Source: Akkermansiaceae bacterium
GTDB taxonomy: Bacteria > Verrucomicrobiota > Verrucomicrobiia > Verrucomicrobiales > Akkermansiaceae
Reading direction: 5' to 3'
Assembly (NCBI GenBank): GCA_051251915.1
Contig: JBPOGF010000001.1
Coordinates: 192,001-256,000 of the forward strand
Length of the DNA: 64,000 bases
Part shown: positions 8,983 to 19,334 of the stretch, in pieces
Numbering within the stretch: position 1 is the stretch's first letter
Layout of the letters: every line of letters begins with the position of its first letter
Notes under the pieces: model-generated
Database searches by the model: none
Told to the model about the DNA's origin: nothing
What the model saw: only the letters and a program-made list of their open reading frames with translations
Program-made: the position numbers and the translations under genes

Positions 8983-9438
8983 TTATATTCTCTGTTTAAT
9001 TCTCTCTAGTAGTTCTGGATCGTCTTCAAGCTCAGTTACTAGGGAGGTGATGACGTTTAGGGTGGCTTTGGAGACGTGGTGTTCCATGCCTTCTACGTCG
9101 CGGTAGATGGTTTCTTCGTCTAGGTTGAAGAGGCGGAGGAACTGGGTGAGGGTTTGGTGGCGGGTGACGATGGCGTTGGCGATGGTGAGGCCTTTTTCGG
9201 TGAGGGTGGTGCCGCCGTATTTCTCGTGGTTGACGAGGCCTTCTGCTTTGAGGCGCTGGAGCATGTTGGTGACGCTGGCTTGGGAGATGCCTAGATTTCT
9301 GGAGACGTCTACGGGTCTGGCGTAGCCTTCACCTTTTTCTTCGATGAGGTGGAGGATCTGCTCAAGGTAGTCGTCCATGGCTACGGAGCCACTGGTGCGG
9401 AGGGTTCTGGGGGAGGAGTCTGGAGATGGTTGGGGCAT
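8983..9438 (-). CDS. mntR: DtxR/MntR-family metal-dependent transcriptional regulator
   Basis: DDYLEQI..ARPVDVSRNLGISQASVTNMLQRL..RH..RDVEGMEHHVS. Confidence 0.85.
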   Translation of the reverse strand: MPQPSPDSSPRTLRTSGSVAMDDYLEQILHLIEEKGEGYARPVDVSRNLGISQASVTNMLQRLKAEGLVNHEKYGGTTLTEKGLTIANAIVTRHQTLTQFLRLFNLDEETIYRDVEGMEHHVSKATLNVITSLVTELEDDPELLERIKQRI

Positions 9439-9455
9439 CGTGATGGAGTTGGGAG

Positions 9456-10565
9456 CTAGTAATCTTGCACTGGGCTGTAATTTTCTCCGCTTTGGGTTTC
9501 TTGGTTTTTGGCGGCTTCTTCGCCTAGGGTATCGATTCGGAGCTGCATGACTTCTTGGTCGTATTTGTCCCAGAGTTTACGGGAGAAGGCGGTGGGTGGT
9601 TTGATGCGTTTTTTGAGTTTTTCTATTCTGTGGAGGGAGTCGTCGAGGATGTGGTTGGGGACGTTTTTGATGGCTTGGACGGCGATTTCTGCGGAGTCTG
9701 TGTTGTGGCAGATCATGGCCATGTCGTTTCCGGCTTCGATGGAGAGCTGGACGTCTGGGCCTCTGCCGTAGGTGTTCATGATGGCTCCCATGTCTAGGTC
9801 ATCTGTCATGATGAGTCCTTCGTAGCCGAGTTGGTTACGGAGGAGGTTGGTGAGGAGGTTTTTGGAGAATGATCCGGGGAGGCCTGGGGTGTCTGGGTCG
9901 ATGGCGGAGAAGTGTGCGTGGCAGCTCATGATGCTGTCTAGGACTGGCATGAGTGCGGTGTATGGGAGGAGGTCTGACTGCATGAGGTCTTCTTTGGTTT
10001 TGGTGACGAAGGGGAGCTCGTGGTGGGGGTCTACGTCTGCGAGGCCGCAGGATGGAAAGTGTTTGGCGCAGGAGAGGACTTTGCCTCGGCGGAGGTTGGC
10101 GTTGAATATGCCTGCGTTGCAGATGACTTCTTGGGCGTCTGTGCCGTAGCAGCGGCCTTGCATGGCGTTGTCTGAGTTGTCATCGTATGAGATGTCTAGG
10201 ACTGGGCAGAGGTTCATGTTTACTCCGAGTTGGCGGAGGATGTCTGCGGTGATCATGCCGTGTCTGGCGATGAGGCCGCCTACTTTTTTGAGGTCTCCGG
10301 CTTTACGTAGTTGCTGTGCGGAGGGTGGTTCATTGGCGATGGCACGGGTGCGGGTGACTCTGCCGCCTTCTTGGTCGATGGTGATGAGGGGCTCGATGTT
10401 GCAGACTTCTTTGAGGGAGTCTGTGAGTTCGCGGAGTTGTTCTGGTGAGGCTACGTTTCTGGCGAAGAGGACGAAGCCGCCGGGTTGGATTTTCTTGAAG
10501 ATGGAGATTTCATCAGGGGTAAGTTTTAGGCCTTTGACTCCGAGTAGTAGTAGCTGTCCGTGCAT
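9456..10565 (-). CDS. nagZ: GH3 beta-N-acetylhexosaminidase
   Basis: IDQEGGRV, KHFPSCG...DPHHE, MTDDLDMGA motifs. Confidence 0.85.
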   Translation of the reverse strand: MHGQLLLLGVKGLKLTPDEISIFKKIQPGGFVLFARNVASPEQLRELTDSLKEVCNIEPLITIDQEGGRVTRTRAIANEPPSAQQLRKAGDLKKVGGLIARHGMITADILRQLGVNMNLCPVLDISYDDNSDNAMQGRCYGTDAQEVICNAGIFNANLRRGKVLSCAKHFPSCGLADVDPHHELPFVTKTKEDLMQSDLLPYTALMPVLDSIMSCHAHFSAIDPDTPGLPGSFSKNLLTNLLRNQLGYEGLIMTDDLDMGAIMNTYGRGPDVQLSIEAGNDMAMICHNTDSAEIAVQAIKNVPNHILDDSLHRIEKLKKRIKPPTAFSRKLWDKYDQEVMQLRIDTLGEEAAKNQETQSGENYSPVQDY

Positions 10566-10649
10566 GATGGAATTACTGTGTGTTGTGGGTAGAAAAATGC
10601 AAGTTTAGCTTTTCATTTGGGTTGGGAAGCATCATTTTAGCGGGGAACT

Positions 10650-11153
10650 ATGGAAGAGAAAAGCAAAGCAGGATCGTATTATTTGGCGGGCATTGGCCTA
10701 GCCGTGGCGCTGGTGGGGGCAGTGTTTGTTTATCTGTTGTGGAATAGTTATCAGAAGGCTAGTGCGACGAGGGAGTGGACTGAGACGCCATGTTTGGTGA
10801 TCAGGTCTAAGGTGGCTGTTCGGTCTTCTGAGCATATTTCTAAGGAGTATAGTTGGAATGTGGAGTATCTTTATGAGTTTGGTGGGGAGTCGTATTCTAG
10901 TAAGTTTCATACTCCGCGTAGGGCGAAATGGAGTTCTACGAAGGAGTCTGTGGATGAGCTTATAGAGAGGTATCCGGCGGATGAGAAGGCGGTTTGCTTT
11001 GTGAATCCTGAGGCTCCGTCGCAGGCGATTTTGGAGCATGACAGTAAAGCGGGCGGGTATAGTATTTGGTTCCCGATGTTGTTTGTCGTTGGAGGGCTGG
11101 GGATTACGTTTAGTTCGTTGAGGGGGCTGAAATCTAGATTGATTCCATGCTGA
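10650..11153 (+). CDS. DUF3592-domain membrane protein
   Basis: TM-W..T...V..S-Y.Y...G..Y-FVNP..P..AIL-TM architecture. Confidence 0.75.
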   Translation: MEEKSKAGSYYLAGIGLAVALVGAVFVYLLWNSYQKASATREWTETPCLVIRSKVAVRSSEHISKEYSWNVEYLYEFGGESYSSKFHTPRRAKWSSTKESVDELIERYPADEKAVCFVNPEAPSQAILEHDSKAGGYSIWFPMLFVVGGLGITFSSLRGLKSRLIPC

Positions 11154-11764
11154 GTGCCAAACAAGTAATGTGCCGTGTGTACTGTGGGATCTTGGTGGTT
11201 ATCTGGGTTCTGGCACCTTATAGTATTTTGCAACACGTGGAGATTTTTCCGGTGTTGTGGATGCCTGAGCTTGGATTCGATAAGGCGATTCCTGTTTATT
11301 TTGATAGTATCTGGGTTTATTATTCGTTTTACGTTTTGTTAGGCTTGGTAGGGTTGATTGTGGAGAAAAAGTTGTTCTTGCAGTATCTTTATACGGTGGG
11401 GTGGGTGACTGCGGTTTCTCATGCGTTTTTCTTGTTTATGCCGAATGGTGTGTTGCGGACTGATATTGATTTTGAGTCGGCTCCGGCATTTTATCAGCAC
11501 TTGGCGAGTTGGGATTCGCCTCGGAATGCGTTTCCTTCGTTGCATGCTTCTCTGTCGATTGTGGCTGCTATTGCGGTGCAGTTTTCGCGGAATTTTGCGA
11601 AGTGGATGAAGCCGTTGGTTTGGCTATGGGTGGTGGCTATTTTCTGGTCGACGATTGCGTTACGTCAACATGTTGTGGTTGATCTTGTTGCTGGGGCTAT
11701 CATCGCAGTCATCGTTTGGTGGCGCGTTTCTGAGAGTGGTGAGCTGAAGCACCATGGGGTTTAA
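11147..11764 (+). CDS. PAP2-family phosphatase / phosphatidic acid phosphatase-like membrane protein
   Basis: NAFPSLH and STIALRQHVVVDL motifs; multi-TM. Confidence 0.8.
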   Translation: MLSAKQVMCRVYCGILVVIWVLAPYSILQHVEIFPVLWMPELGFDKAIPVYFDSIWVYYSFYVLLGLVGLIVEKKLFLQYLYTVGWVTAVSHAFFLFMPNGVLRTDIDFESAPAFYQHLASWDSPRNAFPSLHASLSIVAAIAVQFSRNFAKWMKPLVWLWVVAIFWSTIALRQHVVVDLVAGAIIAVIVWWRVSESGELKHHGV

Positions 11765-12858
11765 AGTATGTGTTCTACGATGGAGTCTACTAGTAGGCTA
11801 CCTGCGGGGGTGAGAATGAAGTGGTCGTTTGAGATGGTGGCTAGGTTTTCTGATACTAGGATTTGGACGCGGTTCATTTCTGGTTCGGTGAATACTGAGA
11901 TGGGGAGTCCTTCGGTGGTGCGGAGCATGAGGGCGATGCGCTCGATGCGGAAGTCTTCGGGGGTGAGGTTTTCTATCTCGGTTTGGGCGTGTCCGACTGA
12001 GGCGATCTGGCGGATGTAGGCGGCGGTGTCTGGGACATTTTTCCAGCGTGTGTCGTGGATGGTGGAGACGGCTGAGGGGCCGAGGCCTAGGTATTGGGCG
12101 CCTTGCCAGTAGGATTTGTTGTGGGTGGATTTGGCACCGGGTTTGGCGTAGTTTGAGGTTTCGTAGTGTTCGAATCCTGCTTGGGTGAGGAGCTGGTGGG
12201 CGAGGTGGAAGAACTGGGCGTTGGCGTCTGGGTCATCGATGTATTCTCCGGTTGTGTATTTTTTGATGAACTCGGTGTCTTCTTCGTAGGTGAGATTGTA
12301 GGCTGAGATGTGGTCGGGGTCGAGGGCTATGGCTGATTCTAGGGTGTCTCTCCAGCTATCGAGTGATTGGCCGGGGATGGAGAACATGAGGTCGATGTTG
12401 ATTTCTTTGAGCCCGGCTTGACGGAGGATGGGGACGGTTTGCTGGGCTTCTGCACGGGTGTGTTCACGGCCAAGGGTTTTTAGGACTGCGTCATCGAATG
12501 ATTGGATTCCTAGGGAAATACGGGTGACTCCGATCTCTGCGAAGTATTGGGCTTTTTTGAGGTCGAAGGTGGCGGGGTTGGCTTCGAAGGTGAATTCTTT
12601 GAGTTCTGAGAGGTCGAAGTGGGAGTTGAGCTGGGTGTGGAGTTCTGCTAGGAGGGTGCGGGAGAGCATGGAGGGGGTGCCGCCGCCTAGGTAGAGGGTG
12701 TTGATTTTTCTGGAGGGGAATTTTTCTGCGTAGAATTTGGCTTCGTCGCCGATGGAGCGGATGAATCCCCGCATGTCGGTGTTGCCGGGAGTGTGTTTGT
12801 AGAATGAGCAGTAGGGGCAGATTCTGTGGCAGAACGGAATATGGAGATAGAGTTGCAT
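11761..12858 (-). CDS. hemW: Radical SAM heme chaperone HemW (HemN-like)
   Basis: LYLHIPFCHRICPYCSF (CxxxCxxC), GGGTPS, YETSNYA, HNKSYW; start set at MQLYLH. Confidence 0.88.
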   Translation of the reverse strand: MQLYLHIPFCHRICPYCSFYKHTPGNTDMRGFIRSIGDEAKFYAEKFPSRKINTLYLGGGTPSMLSRTLLAELHTQLNSHFDLSELKEFTFEANPATFDLKKAQYFAEIGVTRISLGIQSFDDAVLKTLGREHTRAEAQQTVPILRQAGLKEINIDLMFSIPGQSLDSWRDTLESAIALDPDHISAYNLTYEEDTEFIKKYTTGEYIDDPDANAQFFHLAHQLLTQAGFEHYETSNYAKPGAKSTHNKSYWQGAQYLGLGPSAVSTIHDTRWKNVPDTAAYIRQIASVGHAQTEIENLTPEDFRIERIALMLRTTEGLPISVFTEPEMNRVQILVSENLATISNDHFILTPAGSLLVDSIVEHIL

Positions 12859-12910
12859 GAATTGTGGATTTAGAGTTGAAAACCGTGGACTCTCTGGCAT
12901 AACACCGCTC

Positions 12911-13828
12911 ATGCAGCAGAAGGTTGACTTAGGCAATGCCGTTTTAAAGGGCGTTTCAAGATCATTTTACATTACCATCAGATTATTGCCAAGACTGATG
13001 CGTGAGCCTGTGTCTGTAGGTTATTTATTAGCAAGGGCTAGTGATACTATTGCCGATACGGAGGCGGTTCCTGCCGAACTTAGGAAAGAGTGTCTTTCTA
13101 TTTTTCATGAGTCGCTTAAGGATGAGGAAGTTCGCGAGAAGTTGTTGGCATTATTGGATGAGAAATTTATTGAGCATCAAGAAAACGAGCGTGAGCAGTT
13201 GTTGCTGACACGGATGAGTGATGTATTTGGTTGGTATGATACGGTGACTGAGCAAGATTGGATTGCGATATCTGATGTGATGAAGCCGATCTTGGAAGGT
13301 CAACTTTGGGATGTGGATTACTTTGCAATTCAGGGGAAGAAGCAGATTGATTCTGAGGAGGCGCTGGACAAGTATTGTTATCAAGTAGCAGGTTCAGTGG
13401 GGGAGTTCTGGGGGGTTGTGGGGAGAAATGCCTACCATAGATACTCGGAATATGATGCTGAGCAGCTGAAGCAGTATGGGATCAATTACGGTAAAGGACT
13501 ACAGTTGGTGAACATTTTACGTGATCTTCCGGCTGATCTGGAAAATGGGAGGTGTTACATTCCGGATGTGGATACGAAGGATACTAAGGCGGTGATGAAG
13601 GCGACTAAGATTTGGCGCAAAAAGGCTAGGCGTTTTCTGGAACAGGGTTTAACTTATAGTAGCACACTGAGGCAAAAACGTGCGAAGATGGCTACTGCTT
13701 TACCTGCTATTATCGGGCTTAAGACCTTGGATCTGATGGATGAGGTTACCTGGGAGGAGTGGGAAAAGGGAGTGAAAATCACCCGTAAAGAAATCCGCAA
13801 ATCAATCTGGCAAGCGGTTTGCCATTAA
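12911..13828 (+). CDS. Squalene/phytoene synthase-family protein (squalene synthase-like)
   Basis: VSRSF, RASDTIAD, YCYQVAGSVG, GLQLVNILRDLPADL..GRCYIP. Confidence 0.85.
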   Translation: MQQKVDLGNAVLKGVSRSFYITIRLLPRLMREPVSVGYLLARASDTIADTEAVPAELRKECLSIFHESLKDEEVREKLLALLDEKFIEHQENEREQLLLTRMSDVFGWYDTVTEQDWIAISDVMKPILEGQLWDVDYFAIQGKKQIDSEEALDKYCYQVAGSVGEFWGVVGRNAYHRYSEYDAEQLKQYGINYGKGLQLVNILRDLPADLENGRCYIPDVDTKDTKAVMKATKIWRKKARRFLEQGLTYSSTLRQKRAKMATALPAIIGLKTLDLMDEVTWEEWEKGVKITRKEIRKSIWQAVCH

Positions 13829-13870
13829 TTTTTTATTGAGTATCATTTTTCTAACAACATCAATTTTATC

Positions 13871-15076
13871 ATGAACACACAAGAATCTCAGCAATTACCT
13901 GACGCTACAGGTCACTTTGGAAACTATGGCGGCATGTTTGTGCCGGAAACGCTTATGGCACCACTTCAGGAATTGGCTGCTGAATATGAGAGAACTAAGT
14001 TGGATGAGAGTTTTCAGGCTGAACTCGATGACTTGTTGAAGAATTATTGTGGTAGGCCAACGCCTTTGTATTTTGCGGAGCGCTGGACTGAGAAGCTTGG
14101 TGGGGCGAAAATTTACCTTAAGCGTGAGGATCTGTTGCATACTGGGGCGCATAAGATTAATAATGCGATTGGGCAGATTTTGTTAGCTAAGCGGATAGGT
14201 AAGAAGCGGATTATTGCGGAGACCGGAGCTGGTCAGCACGGGGTGGCGACAGCGACAGTTTGTGCGCGGTTCGGGATGGAGTGTGTTGTTTATATGGGGG
14301 CTGTGGATATTGAAAGACAGGCGCCTAACGTTGCGAGGATGAAGTTATTAGGCGCGAAGGTGGTGCCGGTGACATCTGGGCAGGCTACTCTTAAAGATGC
14401 GGTGAATGAGGCGATGCGTGACTGGGTAGCGACTGTGGATCATACGCATTATATTTTAGGTTCTGCGCTTGGGTCACATCCTTTCCCGATGATGGTGAGA
14501 GATTTTCATCGGGTGATAGGTCTAGAGGCTAGGGAACAGGTTTTAGAGAGAGAGGGTAGATTACCTGATCTTTTGGTGGCTTGTGTGGGTGGTGGATCTA
14601 ATGCGATTGGATTGTTTCATCCATTTATTGGTGATGCCGATGTGAAGATGGTGGGTGTTGAAGCAGGGGGTGAGGGGATTTTTCCTGAGCGTCATGCTGC
14701 GAGATTCCAAGGTGGAAAGCTGGGGGTTCTACAGGGGACGAAGACTTGGTTGCTTGCGGATGATGATGGGCAGATAGAGCTTACTCACTCGGTTAGTGCT
14801 GGTTTGGATTATGCGGCGGTGGGGCCTGAGCATGCTTATTTGAAAGAGATAGGGCGTGCTGACTATAGTTATGCTACGGATGATGAAGCGTTAGCAGCTT
14901 TCCAGGAGTTGTCATCGACTGAGGGGATTATTCCTGCATTAGAGAGTTCTCATGCTTTGGCTTATGTGGCGAAGGTAGCAGGGGCTATGGCTAAGGATTC
15001 TATCATTATTGCTAATCTTTCTGGACGAGGTGATAAAGATATGGGGCAGGCGTTGAAGTTGCTTGGTATAGAGTAG
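13871..15076 (+). CDS. trpB: Tryptophan synthase beta subunit
   Basis: [47 protein letters not shown]. Confidence 0.98.
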   Translation: MNTQESQQLPDATGHFGNYGGMFVPETLMAPLQELAAEYERTKLDESFQAELDDLLKNYCGRPTPLYFAERWTEKLGGAKIYLKREDLLHTGAHKINNAIGQILLAKRIGKKRIIAETGAGQHGVATATVCARFGMECVVYMGAVDIERQAPNVARMKLLGAKVVPVTSGQATLKDAVNEAMRDWVATVDHTHYILGSALGSHPFPMMVRDFHRVIGLEAREQVLEREGRLPDLLVACVGGGSNAIGLFHPFIGDADVKMVGVEAGGEGIFPERHAARFQGGKLGVLQGTKTWLLADDDGQIELTHSVSAGLDYAAVGPEHAYLKEIGRADYSYATDDEALAAFQELSSTEGIIPALESSHALAYVAKVAGAMAKDSIIIANLSGRGDKDMGQALKLLGIE

Positions 15077-15246
15077 GCATTAAACATAAGACGTATTGTG
15101 CTCTGTACTAAGCCAGCGATGGCTTTTGGGAAGGGTGAAAATCAGTTTGTTTGACTATCTATTTTTTATGAATAGGGTGCTGTACGCAAGTTGTATCCGT
15201 AGATGTTGCGGATCATTGTCGTTCCCTTATTACTTTTACCAGCACC

Positions 15247-17079
15247 ATGGAATCCATAACAGCTAAGCAATCCCGGAAAACGCCTCAGGCGTTGCTCTGG
15301 TTGTTGACGCGTGGGTTTCGAGGTAAGTATGGTTGGGCTATTGCTGCGTTGTTTGCGTTTACGGTGATCAATTATTTGACCCCACTTATCGCCAGTGCGA
15401 CGATTGATTTTGCTCTTTCCGAGAAAGCGGATGACGGTCTTCTGACGGCTACGATTATCGATTGGATGGGTGGTGCTGAGTTTGTGCGCTCGCATCTTTG
15501 GTTTCCTGCAATGCTGATGGTATTATTGACGATATTGGCGGGAGGATTTAGCTATTTAAAAGGGCGGTTTGCTGCGCAGGCTTCTGATGGAATTGCACGG
15601 ACACTGAAGGACAGGCTTTATGATCACTTGCAACGGTTACCGGCCAAGTATCATGATCGGGCTGAGACTGGGGATCTGATCCAGCGGTGTACTTCAGATG
15701 TGGAGACTTTGCGGATGGCGCTTTCCTCTCAGGTGGTGGATATTAGCAATGCAGTTCTTCTGCTTCTCACTGCGTTGCCTGTAATGATTCTGTTAGATGA
15801 GCGAATGGCATTGGTTTCTTTTGCGCTTATTTTACCGATTATTTGGTTTGGCTATTACTACATTGGTAAGGTGAAGCATCTTTTCAAGGAAGTGGATGAG
15901 GCTGAAGGACAGGTTACGCGCGTGGTCCAGGAGAATCTAACAGGTCTGCGTGTGGTAAGGGCATTTGCGCGTCAAGACTATGAGATATCAAAGTTCGCTG
16001 AGCCTAATAAGCTCTATCGTGATCGCAGTTTGAAGTTATTGCGGTTGATGGCGTGGTATTGGTCCACCTCAGATTTTATTGTGCTTTTACAGCAGGGGAT
16101 TGTGCTGTTTACGGGAATCTATTTCATTTCCGAAGGGAGCCTAACAGTCGGCACGTTGTTTGCGTTTATCATGTTTCTCAACATGCTGCTATGGCCAGTG
16201 CGCCAAATGGGACGAACACTAACTGACCTAGGGAAATCATTCGTGGCGCTCACGCGAATGGGGGAAATTCTCTCCGAGCCTGAGGAAAGTAAGCCTGTTA
16301 ATCCCGTGCTGCCGAAGAGTCCTGTCCTAGGTAAAATTGAACTGAAGAATCTCGTCTTTGGCCATAACGAGGGTGATGAGACGATCAAAGGTATATCTTT
16401 TATAGTGGAGCCTGGTGAAACTCTCGCCATCGTGGGGCCTTCAGGTTCTGGTAAATCAGTGCTCATGCATCTACTATTGCGGCTTTATGATTATAAGTCG
16501 GGATCGATTCAGCTTGATGGTAATGAACTAACAGACTTGGACAGACAATGGCTGAGATCTCAGTTTAGCGTGGTGATGCAGGAGCCCTTTCTCTACTCCA
16601 AGTCAGTGGGGGAGAATATTCATTTGGCACGTCATCAAGCTGCTGAGCATGAGATCAGCGAAGCGGCGCGTCTGGCAGATATCCATGAAACGATTCAAGG
16701 GTTTCCTTCTGGCTACTCCACTCCTGTAGGGGAGCGCGGTGTGACTCTATCTGGCGGGCAGCGTCAGCGTGTCGCCCTTGCTCGCGCTTTGTTACAAGAG
16801 ACTCCTATTTTATTGTTAGATGATGCACTGAGCGCGGTGGACTCAGAAACAGAAGCCTCTATTCTGAAGGCGTTGCGAGATAGGCATGGACTGCGCACTA
16901 CGATTGTTATCGCTCATCGCTTGTCCACTCTCGCTCACGCTGATCATGTGATTGTGCTTGAGGACGGCAAGATTTCACAGCGAGGAACCCACAGCGAGCT
17001 CATCGCTGAGGATGGTCTCTACAGTCGGCTATGGAAAATTCAAAATGCGGAAGAAACTGAACACTCTCAGATACCATGA
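15247..17079 (+). CDS. ABC exporter half-transporter (TMD+NBD), heterodimer subunit A
   Basis: Walker A GPSGSGKS, LSGGQRQR, degenerate Walker B LLLDD, AHRLS. Confidence 0.92.
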   Translation: MESITAKQSRKTPQALLWLLTRGFRGKYGWAIAALFAFTVINYLTPLIASATIDFALSEKADDGLLTATIIDWMGGAEFVRSHLWFPAMLMVLLTILAGGFSYLKGRFAAQASDGIARTLKDRLYDHLQRLPAKYHDRAETGDLIQRCTSDVETLRMALSSQVVDISNAVLLLLTALPVMILLDERMALVSFALILPIIWFGYYYIGKVKHLFKEVDEAEGQVTRVVQENLTGLRVVRAFARQDYEISKFAEPNKLYRDRSLKLLRLMAWYWSTSDFIVLLQQGIVLFTGIYFISEGSLTVGTLFAFIMFLNMLLWPVRQMGRTLTDLGKSFVALTRMGEILSEPEESKPVNPVLPKSPVLGKIELKNLVFGHNEGDETIKGISFIVEPGETLAIVGPSGSGKSVLMHLLLRLYDYKSGSIQLDGNELTDLDRQWLRSQFSVVMQEPFLYSKSVGENIHLARHQAAEHEISEAARLADIHETIQGFPSGYSTPVGERGVTLSGGQRQRVALARALLQETPILLLDDALSAVDSETEASILKALRDRHGLRTTIVIAHRLSTLAHADHVIVLEDGKISQRGTHSELIAEDGLYSRLWKIQNAEETEHSQIP

Positions 17080-18944
17080 AAAACCAGCCTGAAGAAGACG
17101 TTTTTAGCGATCGGCTAGACCTCGATTTATGGATTAGGGTGTTTCGTCACGCGCTTCCATATAAACGTCTGCTCATATGGCTGGCTAGTTCTGCGGTGGT
17201 GATTGCAATGGTGGATGCGACTTTCGCGCTGGTTACCCGCTGGGCGGTTGATGATGTGACTAAGGCTGGAAACGAACTGAACCTTTGGCCGTATTTTGGG
17301 GTTTATGGTTTGCTGATCATTGCTCTTGCTTCTGGCGTGTGGGTGTTCATCAATTCTGCTGGGGGGCTCTCTAACAATATGAGCCACGATATTCGCGAAA
17401 GTTGTTTCAAGCACATTCAGAAGTTGGAGTTTGCGTATTTTGATCATCGGCCTACGGGGTGGTTGATCTCTAGGCTGACCTCAGATTGTGATAAACTAGC
17501 TCGCATTATCGCCTGGGGAGCGTTGGATCTAGTCTGGGCAGTTGGTTTGGTCGTCATGATATCGATTGTGTTGTTAGTGCTGAATCCTATACTGGGTTTG
17601 TTAGTGTTAGCGGTGGTGCCGCCACTGATTATCGTTAGTATGTTTTTTCAGAAGAAACTGCTACTGAGCTCACGGGATACGCGTAAGTATAACTCTATGA
17701 TCACGGCTTCTTTTGCAGAAGCTCTGCAAGGCTTGAGGACGAGTAAGGTGCTGGTTCGCGAGGAAGAGAACTTGGATGAATTTGGTGGGCTTTCTTCTCA
17801 GATGTATCGGGTATCGATGCAGAATGCCCTGCAATCTGCGGTGTACCTGCCGATTGTTTTGACTCTTGGTAGTGTGGCTGCCGGTGTGGCTCTCTGGCGC
17901 GGTGGATCTGATGTAATGGCGGAAACACTCACTATAGGAACGCTAGTTGCATTCATCTTCTACGCAGGTCAATTTTTCAATCCGATCAACAAGATAGCCC
18001 AGGTTTTGATTCAGATGCAGGGGGCGCAGGCAGCTGGCGAACGGGTGCTCAGCTTACTTGCGACAGTTCCTCAAATCAGCGATAGTGATGAAGTGAAAGC
18101 GAAGCTTGAGAAATGGGGAAACCAGCAAGATCGTCCAGAGGGTCAGGCTTTAGACGGGGAAGAACGAGAGATCAAGACACTTGAGTTTCGCGACGTGGAT
18201 TTCTCTTATTCCGATGGTGAAACGATCTTGAAGGGTTTTAATCTAACTGTGCGTTCTGGTGAGACGATCGCCTTTGTGGGAGCCAGTGGAGGAGGCAAGA
18301 GTACGATCGTGAATCTAGCGGCTCGTTTCTATGAACCCACTTGTGGTGCTATTTTGGTAAATGGCATGGATCTGCGTGAACGTAGCCTGGCTTGGTATCA
18401 ATCCAATCTGGGTATTGTGCTACAGGGGCCACATCTATTTAGTGGTTCAGTGCGTGAGAATATTCGCTACGGCAGGCTTGAAGCTACTGATCAGGAAGTG
18501 GAGGCTGCAGCCCAGCAGGTAAATGCAGATCAGTTTATTCGTAACATGGAAGAGGGGTATGAAACAGATGTAGGTGAAGGCGGAAACCGACTGTCCACAG
18601 GGCAGAAGCAATTGATTTCATTTGCCCGCGCCCTGTTAGCGAAGCCTAGGATATTTATTATGGATGAGGCGACTTCATCGATCGATACTGAAACCGAGCA
18701 GTTGATCCAAGAGGGACTGCAGACGATTTTTGAAGGTCGCATCAGTTTCGTGATTGCTCACCGTCTGTCTACGATCCGGACAGCAGATCGCATCTGTGTG
18801 ATCGAAAAAGGTGAGATTCTGGAAAGCGGAAGCCACGAGGAGCTTCTCGACCTTAAAGGTCATTACCAGGCTCTCTACACCCGCCAGTTTACTGAGCAAA
18901 AAGAAGCTCAGTTATTTTCGGGCGAGAGAGATTTATCTAACTGA
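17076..18944 (+). CDS. ABC exporter half-transporter, heterodimer subunit B
   Basis: GASGGGKS, degenerate signature LSTGQKQ, IMDEATS; ATGA overlap with the upstream gene. Confidence 0.92.
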   Translation: MKNQPEEDVFSDRLDLDLWIRVFRHALPYKRLLIWLASSAVVIAMVDATFALVTRWAVDDVTKAGNELNLWPYFGVYGLLIIALASGVWVFINSAGGLSNNMSHDIRESCFKHIQKLEFAYFDHRPTGWLISRLTSDCDKLARIIAWGALDLVWAVGLVVMISIVLLVLNPILGLLVLAVVPPLIIVSMFFQKKLLLSSRDTRKYNSMITASFAEALQGLRTSKVLVREEENLDEFGGLSSQMYRVSMQNALQSAVYLPIVLTLGSVAAGVALWRGGSDVMAETLTIGTLVAFIFYAGQFFNPINKIAQVLIQMQGAQAAGERVLSLLATVPQISDSDEVKAKLEKWGNQQDRPEGQALDGEEREIKTLEFRDVDFSYSDGETILKGFNLTVRSGETIAFVGASGGGKSTIVNLAARFYEPTCGAILVNGMDLRERSLAWYQSNLGIVLQGPHLFSGSVRENIRYGRLEATDQEVEAAAQQVNADQFIRNMEEGYETDVGEGGNRLSTGQKQLISFARALLAKPRIFIMDEATSSIDTETEQLIQEGLQTIFEGRISFVIAHRLSTIRTADRICVIEKGEILESGSHEELLDLKGHYQALYTRQFTEQKEAQLFSGERDLSN

Positions 18945-19152
18945 AGTTTTCTAGTCAGTGAGTGCTGCGGAGTAGACAACATCGGTTTGGTGTAGGAAGG
19001 GGAGGCGTTGAGCTTGCTTGGTATAGAGTGGACTCTTGCAATCTAAATTTTGAGGGTAACAGACTTAATGTGATTATCCTAAGCATAATGTTTTCACGCT
19101 GGTTGGATTTTTGTGAGGAAATCCCTTGACCTCATAGACTGCAAGTGTTTAC

Positions 19153-19183
19153 ATTGTGATTACAATTTTTCACCAATCACAAT
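19153..19183. promoter_or_regulatory. Perfect 9-bp inverted repeat upstream of the 19335 gene (candidate operator)
   Basis: attgtgatt (19153-19161) N13 aatcacaat (19175-19183). Confidence 0.35.
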
Positions 19184-19334
19184 CTTTTCATCGAGCTGGC
19201 TGATCATGTGGAAAATCATGATATGATGCCCTTATCAAGGCGTTGTATTTTAATTCTACTGGTTGGCGTAATTCGTTAAATGAACTGACGCATTTATTCA
19301 TTGCCGCCGAGTAGAGCAAACCCTATAAAGTAAA

